Positions 59,148 to 59,740 of a stretch of DNA of 59,740 nucleotides are shown here, in pieces. The notes under the pieces were generated by a model. It searched no databases, was not told the origin of the DNA, and saw nothing but the letters and a program-made list of their open reading frames with translations. Position numbers and translations under genes: made by a program. Each line of letters starts with the position of its first letter. The first letter of the stretch is position 1. Source of the DNA: Desulfurivibrionaceae bacterium (GTDB lineage: Bacteria; Desulfobacterota; Desulfobulbia; Desulfobulbales; JAGXFP01); assembly GCA_046484585.1 (NCBI GenBank), contig JAWOIQ010000148.1:1-59740 (forward strand), read 5' to 3'.

Positions 59148-59365
59148 CCTGAATTCGTGAGCGTTCGAGAACGGTGCAGATGCAAGGCGGCAACGATGTT
59201 GATAATACCGATGGTATATCAACGAGTTGCCAACGCGGCAGATACGCCGTTCTCGGGCGCCCCGCAGGGCGGCGGGGTGTACCCTGGCAATCCAGGGGAA
59301 AACGATTATCTAATGTAATTACAAACTGATAAGTGAATTCACCACGAAGCCGTCACGGATTCAGG
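59148..59365 (-). mobile_element. MITE family A, copy 8 (full length, 218 bp)
   Basis: TIRs (one mismatch); TTATA direct repeat. Confidence 0.92.
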
Positions 59366-59740
59366 TTATAGGAAATATCTTGCGATTATCACGAAGCCGA
59401 GCAGAACCAGGCCGAACCAGATAAACAGGTTTAACGAGATGTAGGCCAGCGTGGCGATTTCATTTTTTTGCTCGATTTTATCCAGCATTTCCATGGTTTT
59501 TTGGCGGCTGAGTTGGGTGTCGCGTCTCACCCTGGGGTATTTGGGCGCGAAAATAGTGAGCAGCAGGGCCGTTACAATCCCGGCCAGGACAAAAGGCAGC
59601 CAGTTCTCGCTACTCAAGGGAGCCCCCGGGGGTTTTCCCCAGATCCCCGCCGCGAGGATCGCCAGGAAAATCAGCAAAAAAAACCAGAAAAACCCACGGC
59701 GCGGACCTTTTCGCAGGATGATTCCGGCGAAAATGACACT
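59366..59740 (-). CDS. Membrane protein, 5'-partial
   Basis: Frame open to the window edge; several hydrophobic segments; stop TAA lies within the MITE target duplication. Confidence 0.7.
   Translation of the reverse strand, partial: SVIFAGIILRKGPRRGFFWFFLLIFLAILAAGIWGKPPGAPLSSENWLPFVLAGIVTALLLTIFAPKYPRVRRDTQLSRQKTMEMLDKIEQKNEIATLAYISLNLFIWFGLVLLGFVIIARYFL

Noticed and set aside
1-59740. Autonomous transposase, integrase, prophage, rRNA or tRNA
   Set aside because: None recognised in the ORF track or by eye; the mobilising enzymes must be encoded elsewhere or have been lost.

Overview
Gene-dense bacterial chromosomal window, most likely from a Desulfobacterota (Desulfobulbales-like) anaerobe; this is inferred from gene content (hcp cluster, rubrerythrin, ExtJ-like protein, LbtU-like porin). 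The left half (1-30.3 kb) is housekeeping and stress genes: polA with a 1-bp frameshift, ppiD, plsY, a guanine deaminase, hcp with an HcpR-type palindrome, uppP, trkAH-ktrBA-mnmG, pilD and a PilZ protein. The centre (30.4-51.2 kb) is a co-oriented minus-strand run encoding an atypical chemosensory system and is the best candidate for an undescribed system. It has a PatA/PilG-like multidomain regulator, two CheB homologues lacking the catalytic Ser and His, no CheR, an extra-long (about 60-heptad) MCP, CheW, CheY and a 2TM-HAMP mini-protein. It also has a CheA with two His-less pseudo-Hpt domains, a zinc-ribbon-ParA, an ABC transporter, a hybrid kinase and a protein fusing three CheW domains to a TM helix and a LysM domain. 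The right end holds a porin, a hybrid kinase, rubrerythrin and ftsH. Intergenic DNA carries several families of short non-coding mobile or palindromic elements. These include a MITE with 13-bp TIRs and 5-bp target duplications (8 copies) into which smaller elements have inserted. No rRNA, tRNA, CRISPR array or transposase was recognised. All assignments are by eye, without database searches.
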